Source of the DNA: Pelagibacteraceae bacterium | Lineage (GTDB): Bacteria > Pseudomonadota > Alphaproteobacteria > HIMB59 > GCA-002718135 | Length of the DNA: 64,000 nt | Direction: 5' to 3' | Assembly (NCBI GenBank): GCA_017639935.1 | Contig: JAGFWP010000010.1 | Location: 11,213 to 75,212, forward strand | Shown: positions 8,327 through 15,960 of the stretch, piece after piece | How positions within the stretch are numbered: position 1 is the first letter of the stretch | How the letters are laid out: each line of letters begins with the position of its first letter | Notes under the pieces: generated by a model | The model's database searches: none | The model's input: the letters and a program-made list of their open reading frames with translations, nothing else | What the model was told of the DNA's origin: nothing | Program-made: the position numbers and the translations under genes

Positions 8327-8360
8327 ACCCTCTTAAACTTTTGTTTAATGGTGGTATGAT
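8327..8360 (+). promoter_or_regulatory. 'ACCCTCTTAA' box + extended -10 (TGgTATGAT) promoter, 5 nt before ATG 8366
   Basis: ACCCTCTTAAACTTTTGTTTAATGGTGGTATGAT-aaatt-ATG has the same architecture as 5177-5210. Confidence 0.5.
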
Positions 8361-8365
8361 AAATT

Positions 8366-8890
8366 ATGCGATGTTTTATTGGCATTGATTTATCTATGGA
8401 TGCAATTAAGGAAATTCAAAAAATACAAGAAAAACTTAAGCCTAACTTCAATGGAAGGTTAACCTCTGGTGAAAATTTACATCTGACTTTAAAGTTCTTA
8501 GGTGAAATAGAAAGTGGGGTGATAAACGATGTTAAAAAAAGATTATCCTCCATCAAGCATCATCCGTTTGAATTGACACTAAAGGATGTTGGTGTTTTTT
8601 CTCAAAAGTTTATCAAAATAATTTGGGTGAAGGTCTCTAACGTACTCTTGCAGCCATTGGTTGATAATTGTTTGAATGATATTTTTGAATCAGAATACAG
8701 GTTTATGGGCCACGTTACTATCGCTCGTGTTAAAAGTCTTGCAGATAAAAATTCTTTTCTCCGGTTAATCAATGAAATGAGTGTAAATGAAATATCATTT
8801 ATGGTCAGGGATTTTTATTTGAAAGAATCCATTCTTACTAAAGACGGGCCGATTTATAAGGACATCGACAGATATAAGCTATCATCATAA
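8366..8890 (+). CDS. 2H phosphoesterase superfamily protein (LigT/ThpR-like 2'-5' RNA ligase / cyclic phosphodiesterase)
   Basis: Two H-x-T-x motifs at the expected spacing: HLTLKF and HVTIAR. Confidence 0.85.
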   Translation: MRCFIGIDLSMDAIKEIQKIQEKLKPNFNGRLTSGENLHLTLKFLGEIESGVINDVKKRLSSIKHHPFELTLKDVGVFSQKFIKIIWVKVSNVLLQPLVDNCLNDIFESEYRFMGHVTIARVKSLADKNSFLRLINEMSVNEISFMVRDFYLKESILTKDGPIYKDIDRYKLSS

Positions 8891-8910
8891 ACTAACTCAA
8901 TATTTTCATT

Positions 8911-9636
8911 TTAATTTTTTGTACTAATAAATTTCTTTTCACCTGTCTTAGTATTAATAATTAAGCAAGAGAGAATTCCTGTGTAGAATGCCCCAGTATC
9001 TAAATTTATTCGGTTAGCTAAATTTTCTATTTTTGGTTGAGGAGTATGACCATGTACAATGATTTTTTCAAACAGTTTTGTATTATCAAGAAACTTGCTT
9101 TTTCGTTGCCATATCAATGTATTTTTATCTTGCTTATTCAAAGGGACATCAGGGTCAATGCCTGCGTGAACAAAGAAATAATCACCCCATTTGTAAGATA
9201 AAGTGAGATTATGAAAAAATTTAAGATGGTTTTTTGGAATGTTGTTGACCAATTCACCACGTATCGTTTCTTTGCTTTTAGTTTCATTGTTAAAAAATAC
9301 CGTGTCTTTTATTCCGTAACTATTTAATGTTTCATCACCGCCGTTTAACATCCAAAGATACAAACTATCTGGGACGTTATTGATGAAATCGAGCATCATC
9401 TGCTCATGGTTTCCCAAAAGAAATATTTGTTGAAAATTATCAGGTTGAAAATCTAAAAGTGCTTGAATTGTTTCCTTAATCTTTGGCCCTCTATCAATAT
9501 AATCACCCAAATATACAAGTAGTTTGTTTCCGCTCGTATTATTGGACTTATCTAGAATTTTTTTGTGTATTTGAGCAAGCAAAATATGACAGCCATGTAT
9601 GTCTCCAACAACAAATATCTGGGAATAATTATTCAC
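8911..9636 (-). CDS. PPP-family metallophosphatase (lambda-phosphatase / PrpA / ApaH-like Ser/Thr phosphatase)
   Basis: GDIHGC, GDYIDRGP, GNHE and VHGHT motifs. Confidence 0.9.
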   Translation of the reverse strand: MNNYSQIFVVGDIHGCHILLAQIHKKILDKSNNTSGNKLLVYLGDYIDRGPKIKETIQALLDFQPDNFQQIFLLGNHEQMMLDFINNVPDSLYLWMLNGGDETLNSYGIKDTVFFNNETKSKETIRGELVNNIPKNHLKFFHNLTLSYKWGDYFFVHAGIDPDVPLNKQDKNTLIWQRKSKFLDNTKLFEKIIVHGHTPQPKIENLANRINLDTGAFYTGILSCLIINTKTGEKKFISTKN

Positions 9637-9688
9637 CTTTCAATATATTTATTGATGGATTGGTAAAAATAAATAAGGTCATCATTGG

Positions 9689-10087
9689 TCATTCCCATAC
9701 CAGTTCACCAATGTTATTATTATTAAATTCCGAGCAGGTTCTGCTTACAGAAAAAATTCTTCCCTCTCTGTCAAATTTAATCTCTTCAATGTTCTTTGAA
9801 TCATCTGAGATAACCCAATACCCCAGAAAATTATTTTTCACGTCATACCAGGAAAAAGTATGAATGGTTTTTTTAAACTTATTCTTTTTTGTCTCATAGT
9901 TTGATAATTTGTACCGGGAGGAATCATAATTGTTTCGAATGGCAATTTTATTGTCAAAGTCAAAGACAATGTAGGTTGCGGACAGTTCGCACTTTATCCT
10001 GCCTGAAAAACGAAAATCCTCTGCTGCATCAATTGAATATGACAAAAGAAAAGATGCTGCAATAACGACTAAAGCCAAGCTTCTCAT
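9689..10087 (-). CDS. secreted hypothetical protein (132 aa)
   Basis: Signal peptide MRSLALVVIAASFLLSYSIDAAED. A 4-nt start/stop overlap with the integrase gene suggests co-translation. Confidence 0.6.
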   Translation of the reverse strand: MRSLALVVIAASFLLSYSIDAAEDFRFSGRIKCELSATYIVFDFDNKIAIRNNYDSSRYKLSNYETKKNKFKKTIHTFSWYDVKNNFLGYWVISDDSKNIEEIKFDREGRIFSVSRTCSEFNNNNIGELVWE

Positions 10088-11031
10088 AGCTTTTTCACTA
10101 TATCCTCTGCCTTGAGATGTGTGTAGCGAAAAAGCATTCGCACATCCTTATGTCCAGATATTAAGGTTACCTCTGGAATACTTAAGCCTTTCTCAAAGAG
10201 CCGTGAGATAGCCTCGTGGCGTAAATCATGGAAGTGCAGGTCTTTGATATTTCCTTTTTTCTTCAACCTGTCCCAAGCAAGCCTCACTGCATTGGCAGAC
10301 ATGGGGAAGGGGAGTTGCGTGTTCTCTAGAATATACAAAGCTCTTTTAGTAAGAGGTATTGTGCGTGGATGACCGTTCTTGGTTTTTGGAATTAATAAAG
10401 TCTGTCCCTTGATGTGTTCCGGTTTGATGTTTAGAATTTCACCACGCCTCATCGCTGTTTCAATGGCCACTTCAATGATGTGTCTTAGTGTTTGTTGAGG
10501 GTAGTTTCCCTTAACCAGAAAGTTGTATTCGTATTCCGTTAATCTTCTTTCTCTTCTATTGTTAAGTTTAGGTTTTTGAATACTCTTAATGGGATTAGGA
10601 ATATTAAAGCCCCATTCCTTATTTGCTATAGAATACAAGTGTTGCACAACACAAAGCTCTCTTAATAACGTTGCCGGCTTAACTTTCTGCAATCTTTTAT
10701 CTCGATATTTTGCAAAATATTCAGATGTTATGTGCGATACTGGTTTGTTCACGAAACCTTCTCTCATAAAAGCTTTGAGAATTATTGTTTCATTAAACCC
10801 AGCTCGTTTCTTTGGGAGAATCTCATTTATGTAGCGATTGATGAGCTGTCTAAGGGAATATTTTTTACACTTGTTTTTGAGAACCAAGAAACCATCATCA
10901 ATTTTAGTTTCTTCTTCACGAGCCCATTTTGTAGCTGATTCTTTGGTGCGAAATGTTTGTGTTATTAAAGGGCAATCCCTTCGCCTAACTTGAGCCTGCC
11001 ATTTATTATTTCTTCTGCGGATTGATGCCAT
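10084..11031 (-). CDS. int: tyrosine recombinase / phage-type integrase
   Basis: C-terminal catalytic region AMRRGEIL...HDLRHEAISRL...ISGHKDVRMLFRYTHL (R..HxxR..Y). It lies adjacent to attR. Confidence 0.93.
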   Translation of the reverse strand: MASIRRRNNKWQAQVRRRDCPLITQTFRTKESATKWAREEETKIDDGFLVLKNKCKKYSLRQLINRYINEILPKKRAGFNETIILKAFMREGFVNKPVSHITSEYFAKYRDKRLQKVKPATLLRELCVVQHLYSIANKEWGFNIPNPIKSIQKPKLNNRRERRLTEYEYNFLVKGNYPQQTLRHIIEVAIETAMRRGEILNIKPEHIKGQTLLIPKTKNGHPRTIPLTKRALYILENTQLPFPMSANAVRLAWDRLKKKGNIKDLHFHDLRHEAISRLFEKGLSIPEVTLISGHKDVRMLFRYTHLKAEDIVKKL

Positions 11032-11044
11032 TCTACACTCCTTG

Positions 11045-11064
11045 TTGTGACAAAAGTGTGACAG
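11045..11064 (+). promoter_or_regulatory. candidate arm-type site, right copy (TTGTGACAAAAGTGTGACAG)
   Basis: Matches 2391-2410 at 18 of 20 positions. It lies between the integrase start and attR. Confidence 0.35.
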
Positions 11065-11070
11065 GGCGCA

Positions 11071-11272
11071 ATCACAGCGTTCATGAAGAAAACGGTTTTT
11101 ATTTTACAGTTACTGAGGATTTGTTTAAAAAAGTTGAGAATTTTGTCTTAGGTAATAACACTTAACTCAATCAAATATGTAATTGAAACTTAGAATTAAG
11201 ATGTATATTAAGCCTGTTTAGGGCCCTTAGCTCAGTTGGTTAGAGCGCTCCGCTCATAACGGAGTGGTCCGG
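11071..11272 (+). repeat. attR: right 202-bp direct repeat (island-borne copy fused to the native tRNA 3' end)
   Basis: See attL. It carries a diverged remnant of the 67-aa gene C-terminus. Confidence 0.9.
11183..11209 (+). promoter_or_regulatory. candidate tRNA promoter (TTGAAA ... TATATT) inside the duplicated segment
   Basis: The -35/-10-like hexamers end ~11 nt before tRNA position 1. The left copy has TTGAAT...TATATT. Confidence 0.4.
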
Positions 11273-11297
11273 GGTTCAAATCCCTGAGGGCCCACCA
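11221..11297 (+). tRNA. tRNA with CAT anticodon (elongator Met, or Ile2/lysidine type), CCA encoded
   Basis: A full cloverleaf can be drawn: GGGCCCT/AGGGCCC acceptor, GCTC/GAGC D stem, CTCCG-CTCATAA-CGGAG anticodon arm, CGGGG-TTCAAAT-CCCTG T arm. The acceptor stem (C4, C5) and overall sequence resemble E. coli ileX as I recall it, so Ile2 is plausible. Confidence 0.9.
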
Positions 11298-11365
11298 TTA
11301 TCAATTACCCTGCCGCCAACTGCGAGGAATATATATAAGTAATAAAAAACGAGGTGAGAGAAAAT

Positions 11366-12532
11366 ATGAATAATCGTAATTTATGGCTGTTAACCTTAAG
11401 TCAAGCATTTGGTTTTAGCCTCGCTACCGTTAATGTTTTCTTAAGTGGAATTATCGGTTCCCGACTTATTTCGATAAAAGCCCTTTCAACCTTACCGCCC
11501 GCATTATTCATCATTGGAACAGCTTCTTGCGCCATTTTTGCATCCTATATAATGAGCAAGTTTGGTCGGAAATTAGGTTTTGTAAGCGCTTCAATCGGCA
11601 GCTCCCTCTCCGCTCTTCTCGCGGCTTATTCAATCAGCATTGAAAGTTTTACACTTTTTTGTATTTCCTGTTTGCTGATGGGGATGGGTTTAGCCTTTGT
11701 TCATCAATATCGATTTGCCGCCAGTGAAAGTGTTGAAAAAGAAAAAATTCCAAAAGCAGTTTCAATGATTTTACTGGGTGGAATTTTATCCGCCCTGATA
11801 GGGCCTAATATCGCAAATTTAACCAAAGATTTATTTTTTGACAAACTTTATGTGGGCTCATATCTGTCATTAGCTTTCCTGGTCCTTCTGCCTGCTGTTT
11901 TATTGACTTTCTTGAAAAGTATGAATGAATCTGAAAGTGACAGATCTTTTCAGGGAAGAAGTTATATGGAATTAATTTTACAACCAAGATTCTTACAAGC
12001 AATTACCGCCACCGCTTTTGCCTATGCGATTATGGCCTTTCTGATGACCGCAACGCCCATAAGCATGCACGTTAATGAAAAGTTTAATTTAGATGAAACA
12101 AAATCTGTGATCCAATGGCATATCGTTGCCATGTTTCTACCCTCGCTTATCACTGGGAAGTTAATTCAAAGGCTGGGACACAGTATGATCATGTACTTTG
12201 GGATAACTTTTTTTGCAATCTGTATTTTTTTAAGTTATTTTTTCGATCAGACATTCATGAATTATGCGATTGCATTAGCATTCCTTGGTTTTGGTTGGAA
12301 TTTTCTGTTTGTTTCCGGAACGAGCTTACTGGTCATCAGCTATAGGTCGGAAGAGAAATATAAAGCCCAGGCATATAATGATTTTACCGTATTTAGCGCA
12401 CAAGGAATGGCCGCTCTCTCAGCGGGATTATTTCTTAACATGACAAGCTGGCAAGCTATAAATCTGATGTGCCTTCCTTTTTTAGCGATCATAGCGCTGA
12501 CTATTTGGAGAGCGGATAGAATGGAAACTTAA
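11366..12532 (+). CDS. MFS transporter (12 predicted TM segments)
   Basis: Hydrophobic repeat structure throughout. ATG 11366 is preferred over GTG 11354 because of the SD GAGGTGAGA upstream. Confidence 0.8.
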   Translation: MNNRNLWLLTLSQAFGFSLATVNVFLSGIIGSRLISIKALSTLPPALFIIGTASCAIFASYIMSKFGRKLGFVSASIGSSLSALLAAYSISIESFTLFCISCLLMGMGLAFVHQYRFAASESVEKEKIPKAVSMILLGGILSALIGPNIANLTKDLFFDKLYVGSYLSLAFLVLLPAVLLTFLKSMNESESDRSFQGRSYMELILQPRFLQAITATAFAYAIMAFLMTATPISMHVNEKFNLDETKSVIQWHIVAMFLPSLITGKLIQRLGHSMIMYFGITFFAICIFLSYFFDQTFMNYAIALAFLGFGWNFLFVSGTSLLVISYRSEEKYKAQAYNDFTVFSAQGMAALSAGLFLNMTSWQAINLMCLPFLAIIALTIWRADRMET

Positions 12533-12798
12533 CATCATTTTGAAAAATTGAATGAGAAAAACAATAATAGTTTTTGGAATAATGATTATATTATTATTAA
12601 TTCCTTATGTTTATGTAATGATTAATTATTAATTTTAAAAAACTCATCTATTTCTCTGTTTGAAACAATCCTTGAATAAATCACCTCTGTAGAAATATTA
12701 CTACTAGAATGAGGACTGTATGCGCAACAAATTGAACTATTCTTTTATTCATTTTGGATTTCCTCAACCAAAAACATCTAACCAAGTTAATATTATTA

Positions 12799-12821
12799 TT
12801 GACAAGTAAAACGTTTTATTA
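12799..12821 (+). promoter_or_regulatory. promoter (-35 TTGACA) with overlapping LacI-type palindromic operator TAAAACGTTTTA, copy 1 of 4 (ABC operon A)
   Basis: The 23-mer TTGACAAGTAAAACGTTTTATTA is identical at 19146, 29951 and 37359. The perfect 12-bp palindrome with central CG sits at 12807-12818. Confidence 0.75.
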
Positions 12822-12892
12822 ATTATATCAATATAATTAAATTAATTTAATGTTGGTTTCTAAATTAATTAATAAATTTTTTAGGAGGTACT

Positions 12893-14206
12893 ATGAAAAA
12901 GACTTTTCAAGCTTTAATAGCTTTAGTAACTCTAGTTTTCCTATCTTTTCCATCCTTTGCGGCTCCAATTGAGCTTCATTATTGGCATGGACACACTGGT
13001 AAACTGGAGTCTATCATAAATGAAATAGCTAATAGATGGAACGCAAAGCAAGATGAATCTAAATTAATTCCTACTAGTAAAGGAAGTTACGAGGATATCT
13101 TAGCGGCATTTATTGCAGCATACAGGGCTGGCGAACATCCTCATATGGTTCAAGTCTATGATGCAGGTGCAGCAATCATGGTTGCGCAGGTAAAAAATGG
13201 AGTTGTATATCCGTTTGAAGATATGGCAGCAGAGCATGGTGTAAATTTCAATAAAGATGATTACATTCCAGGGATCAGAAATTTCTATGCAGATTCAGAT
13301 GGAAAAATGATTGGCATTCCTTTCAACAGCTCAACTTGTTTAATGTACGCTAATATGGACATTTTAGAAGCAGCTGGTGTAACAGAAATTCCAAAAACTT
13401 ATGAAGAGTTTGAAGGCATTGCACAGCAAATTAAGGACGCTGGATATATTCCAATGTTACAAAGTCATAGCCCTTGGATTTGGACTGAAAACTTCTTTTC
13501 CAGACATAATCTTTTAATGACTGATGGCAATAATGGTTATGATGCTGTTCCAACAACAACACTTTTCGCTGACACTCCAGAATTTATTACTCACTGGGAA
13601 AAAGTTAAAGAGTGGAAAGATAAAGGATGGTATGATTACAAAGGACGTGCATGGGGTGACAACCAAGCTCCTTTCATTGCAGGCGAAGCAGCTTTTTGGC
13701 TTGGTTCTGCAGCATCATTTAGTGGCATGAAGGGTGTTGTTCCAAACTTTTCTGTTAATCACATTCCTTATTGGAGCTCAATGACTGGTGGAAAAGCATA
13801 TCCAACATTTATTGGGGGTGCAGCAAATTGGATCTTGTCTGGTAAATCAGATGAAGAATATTCCGCTCTCATGAAATTAGCAGAATATATGACCACTCCT
13901 GAAATCCAATTATTCTATCATAATATGTCAGGTTATGCTGCTGTAACTTATTCAGCAACAGAACTTGCAAATGCAATTGGATTCTACAATGCATCTCCAT
14001 ATCATCAAGCAGTTGGAGAACAGTTAAGTTTAACTGGCTCAACTATTCCTGGTGGATACAGAGCTGGCAACTGGCCTCAAATTCGTGAAGTGATTTACGA
14101 AAATGTTCATAAAATGTTATCTGGAGAAATTTCTGTAGAACAAGGTTGGAAAAATACTGATGCAGGCGCTGCTAAATTACTAGCGCAATTTGCAAAAACT
14201 TTATAA
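12893..14206 (+). CDS. ABC transporter substrate-binding protein, family 1 (UgpB/MalE-like)
   Basis: Signal peptide (..LSFPSFAAP), size, and position at the head of a permease-permease-ATPase operon. Strong SD TTAGGAGGT. Confidence 0.9.
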   Translation: MKKTFQALIALVTLVFLSFPSFAAPIELHYWHGHTGKLESIINEIANRWNAKQDESKLIPTSKGSYEDILAAFIAAYRAGEHPHMVQVYDAGAAIMVAQVKNGVVYPFEDMAAEHGVNFNKDDYIPGIRNFYADSDGKMIGIPFNSSTCLMYANMDILEAAGVTEIPKTYEEFEGIAQQIKDAGYIPMLQSHSPWIWTENFFSRHNLLMTDGNNGYDAVPTTTLFADTPEFITHWEKVKEWKDKGWYDYKGRAWGDNQAPFIAGEAAFWLGSAASFSGMKGVVPNFSVNHIPYWSSMTGGKAYPTFIGGAANWILSGKSDEEYSALMKLAEYMTTPEIQLFYHNMSGYAAVTYSATELANAIGFYNASPYHQAVGEQLSLTGSTIPGGYRAGNWPQIREVIYENVHKMLSGEISVEQGWKNTDAGAAKLLAQFAKTL

Positions 14207-14219
14207 ACTAAATAATTTT

Positions 14220-14241
14220 AAGGAGGACGTAAGTCCTCCTT
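14220..14241 (+). terminator. GC-rich intra-operon hairpin after the SBP gene (attenuator / mRNA stabiliser)
   Basis: AAGGAGGAC-gtaa-GTCCTCCTT. Confidence 0.6.
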
Positions 14242-14257
14242 AATCTCTTTAATTTCT

Positions 14258-15136
14258 ATGAAAAAAGTTCAATTTAGTTCATATTTTACGCAATATTTTT
14301 TTGTTGCACCACAACTTGCGATCATTTTAATTTTTTTATATTTGCCAATTGTTCAAACATTTACTGATGCCTTTACAACTCAGGATGCATTTGGTTTTGG
14401 AAGGTATTTTTCAGGTTTTGATAATTTTATTTTTTCTATGTCGGATGCTACGTATTTAAGAGCATTTAAATTTACTATTATTTTCATATGTGTGATTACT
14501 TTTTTTTCCTGTTCCATAGGATTGCTTTTAGCAGTTCAGGCAAATAATGTTATTCATGGCAAAAGTTATTACAAAACCTTGCTCATCTGGCCCTATGCTA
14601 TAGCGCCTGCAGTTGTAGGAGTAACAGCGAATTATTTTTTCAGTGAAAGATTAGGAATTTTGTATAGTTTTTTTCATAACATTTGGGGTTTTAATTGGTA
14701 TGACAATATATATGACGCTTACATTTATGTTTTTATTGCAGCAACTTGGAAACAAATAAGTGCAAATTTTATTTTCTTTTTAGCAGGACTTCAAACCATT
14801 CAAAAATCCATCATTGAAGCGTCAATGATTGATTGTAAAAGTAACTTTAGAAGATTTTGGACTATTACTTTTCCTTTATTAATGCCAACTACCTTTTTCT
14901 TAATAATTATTAATATTACTTACGCTTTTTTTGATACACTTGGGATTATAGATACGACAACTATTGGAGCGCCTAGTGGTGAAACCAAAACACTTGTTTT
15001 CAAGGCTTATATTGATGGCTTTAGAGGACTTGATATTGGAAGTGCTGGGGCCCAATCAATCATTATGATGTTGATTGTTTTAGTAATCACAGTTTTTCAA
15101 TTTAGATTCATTGAAGGAAGGATACATTATAATTAA
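14258..15136 (+). CDS. ABC sugar-type permease (UgpA/MalF-like)
   Basis: Six TM segments and EAA loop EASMIDCKSNFRRFWTITFP. Confidence 0.9.
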   Translation: MKKVQFSSYFTQYFFVAPQLAIILIFLYLPIVQTFTDAFTTQDAFGFGRYFSGFDNFIFSMSDATYLRAFKFTIIFICVITFFSCSIGLLLAVQANNVIHGKSYYKTLLIWPYAIAPAVVGVTANYFFSERLGILYSFFHNIWGFNWYDNIYDAYIYVFIAATWKQISANFIFFLAGLQTIQKSIIEASMIDCKSNFRRFWTITFPLLMPTTFFLIIINITYAFFDTLGIIDTTTIGAPSGETKTLVFKAYIDGFRGLDIGSAGAQSIIMMLIVLVITVFQFRFIEGRIHYN

Positions 15137-15960
15137 TGAGCAGAACAATTTCTCAATATTTGGTTCACATTATTTTGATTGTTGGAGTTCTTCTAATGGT
15201 TGTTCCAATCTGGATTATCTTTGCTAGTTCCACTCATGATAATGGTACAATATTATCACAGGGAATGCAGTGGGGCTTAGGTGATCAATTTATTGAAAAC
15301 TATGATAGAGTGTTAAACCAAAAAGGAGGGTTTTCTCAAGAGATTACAGCTTCTAGTATGCTCATAAATAGTTTTATTATGGCATTTGGCATTGCAACTC
15401 TTACGGTACTTACATCACTAATGTCTGCTTATACTATCGTATATTTTAGATTCAAACTTGCTGTGCCTATTTTTTGGATAATCTTTTTAACTTTGCTTGT
15501 ACCGCTTGAACTTAGAATAATGCCAAGCTATCAAGTAGTTTCTAATCTTGGTCTTGTGAACACTTACACTGGTTTGATATTGCCGTTATCAGCCTCAGCT
15601 ATTGCTACTTTTTTTTTCAGGCAGTTTTACAAATCCGTTCCTGACGAACTCTTGGAAGCCGCAAAGCTGGACGGTGCCAATAGTTGGAAATTTTTCATTG
15701 ATTTTTTAGTTCCTTTATCCAAAACCATGATTGCGGCGATGTTCATCTTCATGTTTGTCTATGGATATAATCAATACCTGTGGCCTTTGATCATGACGAC
15801 AGATGAGAAATATTGGACCGTCGTGATGGGAATGAAAACTATCTTTATGTCATGGGGAGTAGAAAGATTTTCCTACATCATATTATCAATGATACCCCCA
15901 GTATTAGTTGTGATTTTTTTACAGCGTTGGTTTATTCAAGGATTGTTTCAAACAAAATGA
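15136..15960 (+). CDS. ABC sugar-type permease (UgpE/MalG-like), tandem paralog 1
   Basis: EAA loop EAAKLDGANSWKFFIDFLVP. Confidence 0.9.
   Translation: MSRTISQYLVHIILIVGVLLMVVPIWIIFASSTHDNGTILSQGMQWGLGDQFIENYDRVLNQKGGFSQEITASSMLINSFIMAFGIATLTVLTSLMSAYTIVYFRFKLAVPIFWIIFLTLLVPLELRIMPSYQVVSNLGLVNTYTGLILPLSASAIATFFFRQFYKSVPDELLEAAKLDGANSWKFFIDFLVPLSKTMIAAMFIFMFVYGYNQYLWPLIMTTDEKYWTVVMGMKTIFMSWGVERFSYIILSMIPPVLVVIFLQRWFIQGLFQTK

Larger units (their letters stand above)
2097..11272. mobile_element. integrase-bearing genomic island (integrative element, ~8.8 kb between the repeats) inserted in a tRNA(CAU) gene
   Basis: Flanking 202-bp direct repeats, a tyrosine integrase abutting attR, and a phage-type DUF1376 gene. 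The left arm (about 2300-4900) is visibly richer in G+C than the rest. No capsid, tail or terminase genes are present. Confidence 0.85.

Noticed and set aside
9483-9863. 126-aa plus-strand ORF
   Set aside because: It is antisense to both the PPP phosphatase and the 132-aa secreted-protein genes and has no motifs.
2299-11070. Intact prophage
   Set aside because: At only ~8.8 kb it has no capsid, portal, terminase, tail or lysis genes. Only the integrase and a DUF1376 protein are phage-like. It is better described as a genomic island, satellite or remnant.
15813-15956. N-terminal extension of the second UgpE-like permease (track start 15813)
   Set aside because: The extension overlaps paralog 1 in another frame and reads as non-membrane junk (MDRRDGNENYLYV..). 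ATG 15957 gives an N-terminus collinear with paralog 1 and an ATGA overlap.
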